A stretch of DNA of 64,000 bases from positions 32,001 through 96,000 of IMG/VR virus record IMGVR_UViG_3300033146_001382; one strand, written 5' to 3'. The translations under genes were made by a program, and so were the position numbers. The notes beneath the pieces were generated by a model, which was not told where the DNA came from, did not search any database, and saw nothing but the letters and a program-made list of their open reading frames with translations. This document shows, in pieces, positions 9,754 through 18,596 of this stretch (position 1 is its first letter; the number at the start of each line of letters is the position of its first letter). The stretch comes from a virus.

Positions 9754-10080
9754 ATGATTGTTTTAAGAAAAATCAACTCAAGTTTAGTTGAAAAAACTAT
9801 ACAGCCCGGGCAGACGGAAGAATTTTTTACTCTTGATTTGGATAAGTATGACGCATTTGATTGGAATGTAAAAATTCTAAGTGATGGCAATAGCGGTATT
9901 ACTAAAATTTCAAGCTTATACAATGATAATGTTATGGAATCTACAGCGTATGCTTTTTTAGGGAAAAGGTTTAAGGCAACTACTATAATTACGGTAGTAT
10001 ATGGTACTCATTGCCAATTTAGTATTACTAATAATGAGATAGAATTAATTAAGTGTAGTGTTAAATTAAAAACTTTTTAA
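9754..10080 (+). CDS. Small virion structural protein, similar to the C-terminal domain of 10095-12218
   Basis: FDWNVKILSDGNSGITKISSLYNDNVMESTAYAFLG parallels AKWFVIAYDGSGNRYAAEIYAMHDGTTSADLTEYAILT. Confidence 0.5.
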   Translation: MIVLRKINSSLVEKTIQPGQTEEFFTLDLDKYDAFDWNVKILSDGNSGITKISSLYNDNVMESTAYAFLGKRFKATTIITVVYGTHCQFSITNNEIELIKCSVKLKTF

Positions 10081-10094
10081 GGAGGAATTAAATT

Positions 10095-12218
10095 ATGGCA
10101 CTTTTTGGTATAAAAGAAGGTCTAAAGATCTTCGGAAGTGAGTCAGACACTAGTCTACTTAATGGTACTAGTGACCCTTCTGCTGCTGCTGGTATTCCTG
10201 CGCCTCAAGGGTCCTTATACCTCAGGGCAGATGGAGTTAGTTATAAAAAAACTGGAGCGTTAGATACAGATTGGCAACCATATAGTGAAATTGAAGGTGG
10301 TGGACTTCTTTGGTCTACAATTAGTGGTGCTACCGTATTGGAGTCTAGTAAAGGTTATATATTAGATGCTGATTCTACTGCGTTTACAGTTACTATGCCA
10401 GCCGCCCCAGAAGAAGGCGATTCAATAGGTTTTGCTGGTTTAAGTGATATAGAAACAAATAATGTTACTGTTGATCTAAACGGTCTAAATATGAATGGGT
10501 CAGGTGATGACCTTGTAATAGATTTAAATTATTGTTATTTTGAGATGTTGTACACCGGTGATGCTACTACTGGTTGGGTATTATCTAATACAGATGAGTC
10601 TGGTAATGTAGATAATATTAGAACTTTTATTGGTAATAATGATAATGTTGATCCAGCAGTAACCGAGTTTACTGAAGAAAATTATATTGTAGCTGGTGAT
10701 TCTTTAGAAACTTCTATAGATAAACTTGATATGGCATTAGCTGATGCTGATACTTCTTCTTCAGGTATTAATACAGATCTTACTACATTATCAGGTAGAG
10801 TAGATGTTAATGAAGTTAACATAGCATCTAATGATATTGATATAGCTAATAATGTTACTAATATAGCTACTAATGCTTCTGGTATAGCAGTGAACGCTGC
10901 GGATATTAGTGACTTAGAGGCCTATACTGGGTCAGCAGGTGCTTCAGCCCCTGATTATAATCAAGAAAACTATATTACAGATGGCGATTCGTTAGAAGAA
11001 GCTATCAGTAAGTTAGATGCAGCTTTACAGACTGTAGATAATATAGCAGCTACCGGTGTTAACTGGCGTCAATCTATTATGGGTGCCACTGGCGATATTA
11101 TTACTACAGGCGTAGCAGATTATGCTGGTACAGATCATTTCTCTGATGATGATGTCCCATTCTGGACACATGATATGTGGGCAGATGGCGATCAAATGTT
11201 GTCATTGAATGCTTCTACTTCTGGTATAATTTATACTTGGAATGATGGAGCAGACCAATGGGTGCAAACAGACGCCTTAGGTGCTAATGACGCAGTATCC
11301 GTAAGATATGATTTTCCAGATGCCCCAGGGGGTCAGGAAGATGGTGCTTCTTATATGATGAAGTCAGATCTTACAGAATGTATTAAGATTGCTGATTTTG
11401 ATATGGAGACAGCAGCTACTATAGGATTATCTTCTGGATACACTGCAACATCAGGTACTATCTCTTCTACCGATAGTGTAGAGAGTGCGCTTGAGAAATT
11501 AGACGCTAGATCGTCTGATGCCGGTGGAGATTTAACAGCTTTAGAAGCTAGAGTAACTACTAATGAAACTAATATTTCATCTAATGATACCGATATAGCT
11601 ACTAATGCATCAGGAATAGGTGTAAATGGTGCAGATATTGATGATCTTGAAGCAGCTGTAGGCTCGTCTACTGGCTTAGCAGGTATGGATTATACCTCAA
11701 CTAGTTATGTTACTGAGGATACTTCTGCAGTAGCTGCAATTTCAGCTTTAGATGCAGCACTTACTTTAACAGACGCTACGGTTTCTGGATTAGGTGTTAC
11801 TGCTAATAATAATTACACTTATATAACTAATGTGGATACAGCACACGATAAGCTAGCTGCTGCAGTTCTTACAGAGGCTACTACTGCTGTAAGTGCCTCT
11901 TCTAGTGACACAGTGTTAGATACTGTACCTCAGGCAGGTAATTTAGGAGCTAAATGGTTCGTAATAGCTTATGATGGTAGTGGTAATAGATATGCAGCAG
12001 AAATTTATGCTATGCATGACGGCACCACCTCAGCAGATTTGACTGAGTATGCTATTCTTACTATAGGTACTAGGCTTAAAGTGGATTTTGATGTAGCTGC
12101 TAATGGTACTTCTATGAGTTTGACTGTGGATAATGGAGATACTTCTTCTGTAACCGTTAAGACTCAAAGAATAACTGTACAGACCGCTTCTGTAGATACT
12201 ACTGCAATAATTAGTTAA
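10095..12218 (+). CDS. Fibre-like virion structural protein (707 aa)
   Basis: Four repeats of the type (Y)xxxxDSLxxAIxKLDxAL, heptad Asn/Ile segments (NIASNDIDIANN) and a modular beta-rich N- and C-terminus. Confidence 0.7.
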   Translation: MALFGIKEGLKIFGSESDTSLLNGTSDPSAAAGIPAPQGSLYLRADGVSYKKTGALDTDWQPYSEIEGGGLLWSTISGATVLESSKGYILDADSTAFTVTMPAAPEEGDSIGFAGLSDIETNNVTVDLNGLNMNGSGDDLVIDLNYCYFEMLYTGDATTGWVLSNTDESGNVDNIRTFIGNNDNVDPAVTEFTEENYIVAGDSLETSIDKLDMALADADTSSSGINTDLTTLSGRVDVNEVNIASNDIDIANNVTNIATNASGIAVNAADISDLEAYTGSAGASAPDYNQENYITDGDSLEEAISKLDAALQTVDNIAATGVNWRQSIMGATGDIITTGVADYAGTDHFSDDDVPFWTHDMWADGDQMLSLNASTSGIIYTWNDGADQWVQTDALGANDAVSVRYDFPDAPGGQEDGASYMMKSDLTECIKIADFDMETAATIGLSSGYTATSGTISSTDSVESALEKLDARSSDAGGDLTALEARVTTNETNISSNDTDIATNASGIGVNGADIDDLEAAVGSSTGLAGMDYTSTSYVTEDTSAVAAISALDAALTLTDATVSGLGVTANNNYTYITNVDTAHDKLAAAVLTEATTAVSASSSDTVLDTVPQAGNLGAKWFVIAYDGSGNRYAAEIYAMHDGTTSADLTEYAILTIGTRLKVDFDVAANGTSMSLTVDNGDTSSVTVKTQRITVQTASVDTTAIIS

Positions 12219-12271
12219 TATAGTTGTATGATAAAATAATATACATAACTATAATTAGTTAAACTATTAAG

Positions 12272-12307
12272 AGGGAGGTCTATTTAATTATAGGCTTCCC
12301 TTTTTTT
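12272..12307 (+). terminator. Rho-independent terminator
   Basis: agggaggtctat / ttaatt / ataggcttccct stem-loop with G-U pairs, followed by a T-tract (12301-12307). Confidence 0.75.
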
Positions 12308-12364
12308 ATATTTAAAATTAGATTAAAAATTAAATTATAATATGTTAAATAAGGAGAAATAAAA

Positions 12365-12694
12365 ATGCCTACACTTTCTAGTTTATATCGACATGCAGAT
12401 GTACGGTGGGAAACTCTAGATTTAATTAATATATCAGATGGAGAAACTTTTTATATGGGGGCTAATATACAAGTAGTAGTAGGATCTAATTGCACTGTTG
12501 TACTTAACCCTGGTCCAGTAGTTGGTGCAGAAATATCTATAATGGTAGGAGCAGATTGGGAAGATGTGTCTTCAACTATTTCGGGGGCAGGTAATAATAT
12601 TATGTCATCTCCTGAAAACTTAGTATTGGATATTAATAATCCATTAAAATTGATTTATCAAAATGATATTCGTGGTTGGGTTTTTGGAGCTTAA
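12365..12694 (+). CDS. Small fibre-associated protein (paralog A)
   Basis: VVGSNCTVVLNPGPVVGAEISIMVGADWE; paralogous to the next gene and to a module in the 707-aa protein. Confidence 0.6.
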   Translation: MPTLSSLYRHADVRWETLDLINISDGETFYMGANIQVVVGSNCTVVLNPGPVVGAEISIMVGADWEDVSSTISGAGNNIMSSPENLVLDINNPLKLIYQNDIRGWVFGA

Positions 12695-12705
12695 GGAGGA
12701 AATAT

Positions 12706-13023
12706 ATGATAAGACAATTCGATAGAGATTGGTATTTAACTCCATGGGTAACTGTGGAGGATAACTCTACTTTTAATATAACAGAATTTTTAAATAAATT
12801 AATAGTAGGAGGTAATTGTACTATTAATTTACCTGAAATTCCTATTATAGGTACAAAAATATCCTTAGCTATTGGGGCTGATTGGGAAGTCAATAATACA
12901 ACCATATTCTCGCATGGTTCATGTATTATGGGAGTTGTTAGGGATATTACTTTAGATATTAATAAACCTATTAGTTTATTATATAAAGACTTAGATAGTG
13001 GATTTATATTTAGTAAATTTTAA
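12706..13023 (+). CDS. Small fibre-associated protein (paralog B)
   Basis: Start moved to the ATG at 12706, behind AAGGAGG; IVGGNCTINLPEIPIIGTKISLAIGADWE aligns with paralog A. Confidence 0.6.
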   Translation: MIRQFDRDWYLTPWVTVEDNSTFNITEFLNKLIVGGNCTINLPEIPIIGTKISLAIGADWEVNNTTIFSHGSCIMGVVRDITLDINKPISLLYKDLDSGFIFSKF

Positions 13024-13036
13024 AAGGGAGCATAAT

Positions 13037-14875
13037 ATGACAAAATGGAGTGATTTTTCTAAAGTATTTTCCGATAAAGTTGTGTTTGACAACTCGGAGT
13101 CTACATTGCAATCAGACGATGTAGAAACTGTAATAGTAGAACTAGATGATAAAGTTAATGGATTAGATCAAGCATTAACTGCTATCTCAGGAACGGTAGA
13201 AGAGATAGAATCTAGTGATGGTTCAAATGTGACTAAAGTTGTTAATCAAGATCAATTTAATAATCTATTCGAGCTATTCGATGCTAGATCTGAGTGCGCA
13301 CAATACGGTGTTTATAAAGTTAAGTCTGAATTCACTGATATTCTTATTGCACCAGGGAGTTATAGTGTAGAATCATTTTTAACATCCAAAGGTAATAGTA
13401 GTAATTATTGCTGCTTTATACTTCATGATAATGTGAAAACTTTTATGTGTGATATGCAGGATAAGAACTCAAAAGTAGAGATAGATTTTTATAGTAAAAG
13501 GCCCTTAGGTAATTTAGGAGCCTTAGCTATTAGACAATATGGTGCACATGTTAGAGGTATCAAGTTAACTAGGTACGAGACACAAAATGTAGTTGAGATA
13601 GGTAGTTCAGGATTTCAGTTATTAGGTGACGCAATACAATTAGAAGATTGTGAAGTGGAGAATTTTTATCGTTCAGGCGGTAGTGGTGAAAATGTGTATA
13701 GTTTTACAGGGGCTTTAACTATAGATAATCCTGATCAAAGTGGCGGTTATTACTCAGGAGAACCTATTTGGAGTCCTTGGACGTACGGTACTGATAATGG
13801 TAATATAGATACTGCGTTATGTAAACTTATCCGTTGTTCTGTATTAAATTATAATAAGGGTTTCTATCAAGTAGGTAATTTAGTAGATTGTGTAGCTAAA
13901 GAAGGGTGGGGTATAACTATTTCACCGTCAGCCTTATGTAGTAGTGTGAATAATATAGATGGGCTTCATTTGACTTCTTATACTCATTCATTAGATACAC
14001 CTTTATTTAATTATTGTAGTAATGTTAGTAATGTTACTGTAACTTTTAGAACTAATTATGCTACATGGAAAGGGGTGTTTAGTAGATGTAATAATATTAG
14101 TAATATACTTTTAGATGAGTATCATAGTGAACAAATACATTTAATGAGAGACATCCTTAAAAATTGTAATTACGTGAGAGGATTTAAGATAAACCTAGGT
14201 GATGGTGGTACTTTTAGTGGAGATAGTGTACCTTCTATTTCTAATTGCTCATATCTTCAGGAGTTAGATTTTACTTTTGGTAAAGTACATGATGACGCTA
14301 ATGAAAATGTGGCATTATTTTATGATTGTAGTAATATAAGTGAGTTTAAATTTAACTTTACCCACGCTGCTGCTAGGACTAGAATGTTTATATTTGATGA
14401 AAGTAAATTCATTAGTTCTGGTATAATTAGTAGTAGTGATCATGATAGGATGCTTACATGTTTTCATAACTCTTCTTATATTAGTTTAATACAATTAAAC
14501 TTACAAGAAGAACATTACGTAGCAGTAGGTTCTAACTATTTAAGTGATATTAAAGCTACTATGCTTAGTAGCAGTACAATTCAAAATACTAATAGTTTTT
14601 TTACTTGTAAGAATTTAACTAATTGTAGTGTTCAGTTTCCAGCCTCTTCTACACTTACTACAGGGTTTAGAGGTTGTATAATGCTTAGTACTTGTTCAGT
14701 AAATGAAGCAGTATACGGTTTTCATGGTTGTGAAAATATAGTAGCATGTAGAGTTGATAATTGTACAGCTGGTTTTACTAATTGCAAATATCTAGCAGCT
14801 TGCTCTGATTTAGATAATACTAGTTCATCAGGTAATATTAGTGTAGATTCAGATTCATGTTCTGGAATAAGTTAA
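13037..14875 (+). CDS. Tailspike/receptor-binding protein with a predicted right-handed beta-helix
   Basis: Start moved to the ATG at 13037 (RBS AAAGGGAG). The N-terminal VVFDNSESTLQSDDVETVIVELD is a fibre-anchor-type motif. The C-terminal part has Asn/Cys/Ser ladder repeats (CNNISNI, CSNISEF, CKNLTNC). Confidence 0.65.
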   Translation: MTKWSDFSKVFSDKVVFDNSESTLQSDDVETVIVELDDKVNGLDQALTAISGTVEEIESSDGSNVTKVVNQDQFNNLFELFDARSECAQYGVYKVKSEFTDILIAPGSYSVESFLTSKGNSSNYCCFILHDNVKTFMCDMQDKNSKVEIDFYSKRPLGNLGALAIRQYGAHVRGIKLTRYETQNVVEIGSSGFQLLGDAIQLEDCEVENFYRSGGSGENVYSFTGALTIDNPDQSGGYYSGEPIWSPWTYGTDNGNIDTALCKLIRCSVLNYNKGFYQVGNLVDCVAKEGWGITISPSALCSSVNNIDGLHLTSYTHSLDTPLFNYCSNVSNVTVTFRTNYATWKGVFSRCNNISNILLDEYHSEQIHLMRDILKNCNYVRGFKINLGDGGTFSGDSVPSISNCSYLQELDFTFGKVHDDANENVALFYDCSNISEFKFNFTHAAARTRMFIFDESKFISSGIISSSDHDRMLTCFHNSSYISLIQLNLQEEHYVAVGSNYLSDIKATMLSSSTIQNTNSFFTCKNLTNCSVQFPASSTLTTGFRGCIMLSTCSVNEAVYGFHGCENIVACRVDNCTAGFTNCKYLAACSDLDNTSSSGNISVDSDSCSGIS

Positions 14876-15633
14876 TGCACAATTTTGTAATAATAACTTT
14901 GGATTCTTTACGGTATGATGTGGCTATGTTAGCCAATACTCCTACATTAAATAGTTTAATGCACAAGTATCAGGTAGCAACTGATACTTGGCATAAAACT
15001 TTTGCTCATGCTACTTATACTTTACCTGCTCATGTGTCTATGTTTTCTGGTGGAAAATTTCCGTGTAATGAGGGGGATGTAGCTCCATTTAGTAGGTTGA
15101 ATAATCTTTTTGGGTATACATTTACTAAATCAAATAGTTTATTCAAGTTAACTGAAGATAATGAGTGTATTACGTGTTATTTTAAAGATAGAGACTACAG
15201 AACTATAGGCTTAGGTTCTGTTGGGTGGTTTGATGATTTATTAAGCTCTTCAAAAGATTTTTGGGGTAAGTATTTTAATGAATTTTACTATCAATCGAAT
15301 TTCTCAGTAAAAAATTCTGAAAGTTTTAGAAATCAGATAAATTTTACACGTGATTTACTAAAAAATAATACCAGTGATTTATTTTATTTTGTTAATGTAG
15401 GATCTACTCATGCACCTTATAGAGATGGTGGTACTAGTATAGATGCACAAAAGAAAGCATTAGAGTATATAGATGATAACATAGCAGAGCTTATTAGTTT
15501 ATTCGGTAGTGGTACTGATATCTTTATCTGTGGAGACCATGGTGAGTGTTTTGGGGAAGATGGTCTATGGGGACATAGTTTTTATCACCATAAGGTAATG
15601 GAAGTACCCGCGTGCTACTTGGAGATACCATGA
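14875..15633 (+). CDS. Alkaline phosphatase/sulfatase-superfamily hydrolase (STM4013/SEN3800-like)
   Basis: Start ATG overlaps the previous stop (TAATG). Metal-ligand motifs: ITLDSLRYDVA, TYTLPAHVSMFSG, NVGSTHAPY, ICGDHGECFGEDGLWGH. Confidence 0.8.
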   Translation: MHNFVIITLDSLRYDVAMLANTPTLNSLMHKYQVATDTWHKTFAHATYTLPAHVSMFSGGKFPCNEGDVAPFSRLNNLFGYTFTKSNSLFKLTEDNECITCYFKDRDYRTIGLGSVGWFDDLLSSSKDFWGKYFNEFYYQSNFSVKNSESFRNQINFTRDLLKNNTSDLFYFVNVGSTHAPYRDGGTSIDAQKKALEYIDDNIAELISLFGSGTDIFICGDHGECFGEDGLWGHSFYHHKVMEVPACYLEIP

Positions 15634-16355
15634 AGAAATTTAGTATATCTGGAAGATTTAACGCATTAGAACAAATGGATTTAATTAACTCTATACAGAC
15701 TAGATTTGAAAAATTTAAAGCACTTGGGACTATAGAATCTATTTTTGGTTGTTACATTAGTTATTCTAAGTTATATGGTGGTAGACATAATGCAAATATA
15801 TTAGATACTGATTGTATAGAGTTAATTTATAGTATAGGAGCACATGTGTCTATAACCATGTCAAATTTATTCTTTGATGGTAAATTAGATAAAAATAGTG
15901 AAAAAATACTAGATTTATTGCATACTGATGGTAACTCCATCGTAGTGGCTAATGATGAGTTGGCTAAAACGATAAGAAAATATTATCCTAAATATCTATT
16001 AAGGGCGTCTGCTACTAAACTAATTACTACTATTGAAGAAATTGATCATTTGTTAGAGTTGTATAATTTGGTAGTGTTGATGCCTAATTATAGTACAGAT
16101 ATAGTTTTTTTAGAAAAAATAAAATTTAAGGATCGTATTGTGTTGTTTGCTAATGCTAATTGTGCCTATACATGTAAGAATCATCCTTGTTATGTTAGTA
16201 TTTCTAGACAAAATAGGGGGGAGTCTAATGACGATTATCCCACATGTCCGATGAAGGATAGATCTATACGTAGAAATATAAAAACTACTTATTTTGACAT
16301 GAGCGATCCTATTTTTAATGAGTTTAATAATTTTAAATTAGTGAATTGCAAGTAA
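15630..16355 (+). CDS. Peptidase U32-like (Fe-S, TIM-barrel) protein
   Basis: ATGA overlap with the previous gene; LYGGR, SIVVANDELAKTIRKYYP, LRASATK, LFANANCAYTC and a late CP match short U32-family proteins. Confidence 0.6.
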   Translation: MKKFSISGRFNALEQMDLINSIQTRFEKFKALGTIESIFGCYISYSKLYGGRHNANILDTDCIELIYSIGAHVSITMSNLFFDGKLDKNSEKILDLLHTDGNSIVVANDELAKTIRKYYPKYLLRASATKLITTIEEIDHLLELYNLVVLMPNYSTDIVFLEKIKFKDRIVLFANANCAYTCKNHPCYVSISRQNRGESNDDYPTCPMKDRSIRRNIKTTYFDMSDPIFNEFNNFKLVNCK

Positions 16356-16370
16356 ATAAAATGAATTAAG

Positions 16371-16389
16371 TAACCATATTATTAATAGA
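16371..16389 (+). promoter_or_regulatory. Candidate phage promoter motif TAACC-N10-TAGA
   Basis: gaattaagtaacc-atattattaa-taga lies in the intergenic gap before 16413. Confidence 0.5.
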
Positions 16390-16412
16390 GCTAAGTTAAA
16401 AAAGGAGTACAT

Positions 16413-16562
16413 ATGTTTAAGTTTATTTTAAGGTTAGTGCTTTGTACTATAACACTACATAAAAAAGGGGCCAAGATACAGTCTCACAGGGAATATAATA
16501 TATACACATGCGCTAGGTGTGGTAATCTTTTCGCGGTAAAGAAGGATAAATATAAAATATAG
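16413..16562 (+). CDS. Small Cys/His zinc-finger-like protein (49 aa), absent from the ORF track
   Basis: RBS AAAGGAG; MFKFILRLVLCTITLHKKGAKIQSHREYNIYTCARCGNLFAVKKDKYKI; C-x4-H...C-x2-C. Confidence 0.7.
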   Translation: MFKFILRLVLCTITLHKKGAKIQSHREYNIYTCARCGNLFAVKKDKYKI

Positions 16563-16581
16563 TTTTAAAAGGATGAAATAA

Positions 16582-17100
16582 ATGACTAAGTATTTAAATG
16601 CCAAAAATGGTATAGAGATACTACATTCTGATGGGCTTACTCAGATTATTACAGGAAGTAGCGACCCTAGTTTAGATGGTGCTGAAGCTAATGTAGGCTC
16701 TTTATTTCTACGTAATGACTTGGGCGGGGGTATTTATAATAAAATAGGTACTCAAGATACTGATTGGGAACTACAAGTATCTTCTCCTAATACTTCTAGT
16801 AGTGGTATAACTCCTGAACAACATATAGCTCTTCATAATGGTGATAAATTTATAGAGTATATTAGAACTGGGGCTAGAGTATCAAATATAAATGAATGGT
16901 TAGATGAAACTAAAACTTATTGCATAAGTTCTACATATTTAGCTAGGGATGCTGGCAGAGTAAATCATTTTACTAAACATATTTATGATTATGCTTCTGG
17001 CTCTTATATAGTAGCTACAGTATCTGGAGTAGTTAATAGAGTAGATGGTAAAGTTATTTCAATAAAGTACTCTAGAGATAATACTATAGGGGGGTATTAA
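16582..17100 (+). CDS. Virion structural protein (fibre module)
   Basis: SDPSLDGAEANVGSLFLRND...YNKIGTQDTDW aligns with the N-terminus of the 707-aa protein (SDPSAAAGIPAPQGSLYLRAD...YKKTGALDTDW). Confidence 0.6.
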   Translation: MTKYLNAKNGIEILHSDGLTQIITGSSDPSLDGAEANVGSLFLRNDLGGGIYNKIGTQDTDWELQVSSPNTSSSGITPEQHIALHNGDKFIEYIRTGARVSNINEWLDETKTYCISSTYLARDAGRVNHFTKHIYDYASGSYIVATVSGVVNRVDGKVISIKYSRDNTIGGY

Positions 17101-17101
17101 T

Positions 17102-17527
17102 ATGGAATATGTAGTAATAGAAGGGGAAGTAGTATTAATTGATTCCAAAGGGGATATTTTATCTACTATCAGTGGGGCTAATGGTAGTAAATTAGAAGTA
17201 GCTACTGCATTAGATAATACAATTAGTGGAAGTGCTATAAAAGTAAGGGAGCAGAACTTAGATCCTGAAGGCTATATAAAGAATTCATCTCATAATATGG
17301 CACATCAAGAGGGTCATTGGGCACCTTTAAATTTAGATTCTTTAGGTAGATTGAGGGTAGTTACGGAAGTTGAAAACCTACCACACACGTTAAGTGGTAC
17401 GCAACATACAGGTATTTTAAGTGATGCTCAAATACCATTTAGTATAGTTCGAGATGATGATTTAGCTACAGTTTCTGGAGTATTAAGACAAGATATAGAT
17501 AATATTGATGGTGGAAATTTCATTTAA
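17102..17527 (+). CDS. Putative virion structural protein (141 aa)
   Basis: In the fibre cluster; ends IDGGNFI, like the VDGGTFV end of the next gene. Confidence 0.5.
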   Translation: MEYVVIEGEVVLIDSKGDILSTISGANGSKLEVATALDNTISGSAIKVREQNLDPEGYIKNSSHNMAHQEGHWAPLNLDSLGRLRVVTEVENLPHTLSGTQHTGILSDAQIPFSIVRDDDLATVSGVLRQDIDNIDGGNFI

Positions 17528-17536
17528 GGAGAAATT

Positions 17537-18586
17537 ATGACAACACAAATTAGAATAAGAAGAGGGACAAAAACACAGTTAGCTACATTAATGGCAGGGG
17601 CTACCCCATTAGCTAGTGGGGAACTTGGGTTTACGACTGATACTAAGGAAGTATTTGTATCTGATGGTAGTGCTACTCATTTAATAGGTAGGGTGTTAGT
17701 AGGACTACTAACAGCAAGACCTGCAGCAGGTCAGTCAGGTTCTATGTATCATGCTACGGATGATTCATCTACTTGGGTGGACAATGGCACTTCATGGGTA
17801 GATGTGTCTGGAGGGTTGTCTACTTTAGATGATTTAGCTGACGGCACGACGTATGGTAAAGTATTAAATACATATTTAGATAGTAATAGACCTGATGGTT
17901 TATGGGATGGTGCTGTAAAACTTACAGGTAGTGTACTTAGAACACATTTAAATACTATAGCACAACATAGAGAAATTAATGATGCAGGAGGGTCAAGTAC
18001 CGATTTATGGTCTGCAGATAAGATAACTACTGCTATAGATAATGCATTAACTGGTTTAGATTTTCAAGCTGATGTTATAGCTATACAGGGTGATGCGTCA
18101 TTAGATCCTACAGGTTCGCCTGTAGTAGGTGCTAGATATATAATTAACAATAGTTCATCTTTACACGCTAATTTTGGCACTATTACGGGTGTAGCGGACG
18201 GTGACATAGTAGAATATAATGGATCTATTTTCATAGTAAGTTATGATGTTTCCGTATCTGGGGAAGGAGCATTAGTATGGGATAGAGATACTGATACTTA
18301 TCAAAAGTGGGATGGGACTACTTGGGCTGAGTTTGGCGGATTATCTGGTATTACTGCTGGAAGTGGACTAACTAAGGCTGGAAATACTTTAAATGTAGGA
18401 CAAGGTAACGGTATAAATGTACTGGCAGATGCTATCACGGTAAAACCTGATGTAACTACTGGGGCCACAGTTGCCCCTGTAGCTGTAACTAGTGCCGGTG
18501 TAGGCGTTATACTTGATAATGACTCATTAGCACATGTAGGTGGCGCTGTAGAAGTAAAAAAAGTAGACGGTGGAACATTTGTATAA
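17537..18586 (+). CDS. Tail fibre-like protein with an Mtd_N/hyaluronidase-N-type anchor
   Basis: N-terminus QIRIRRGT...LASGELGFTTDTKEVFVSDG; DUF2793-like ARYII...IVEYNG...WDGTTW segment. Confidence 0.7.
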   Translation: MTTQIRIRRGTKTQLATLMAGATPLASGELGFTTDTKEVFVSDGSATHLIGRVLVGLLTARPAAGQSGSMYHATDDSSTWVDNGTSWVDVSGGLSTLDDLADGTTYGKVLNTYLDSNRPDGLWDGAVKLTGSVLRTHLNTIAQHREINDAGGSSTDLWSADKITTAIDNALTGLDFQADVIAIQGDASLDPTGSPVVGARYIINNSSSLHANFGTITGVADGDIVEYNGSIFIVSYDVSVSGEGALVWDRDTDTYQKWDGTTWAEFGGLSGITAGSGLTKAGNTLNVGQGNGINVLADAITVKPDVTTGATVAPVAVTSAGVGVILDNDSLAHVGGAVEVKKVDGGTFV

Positions 18587-18596
18587 GGAGTAATAT

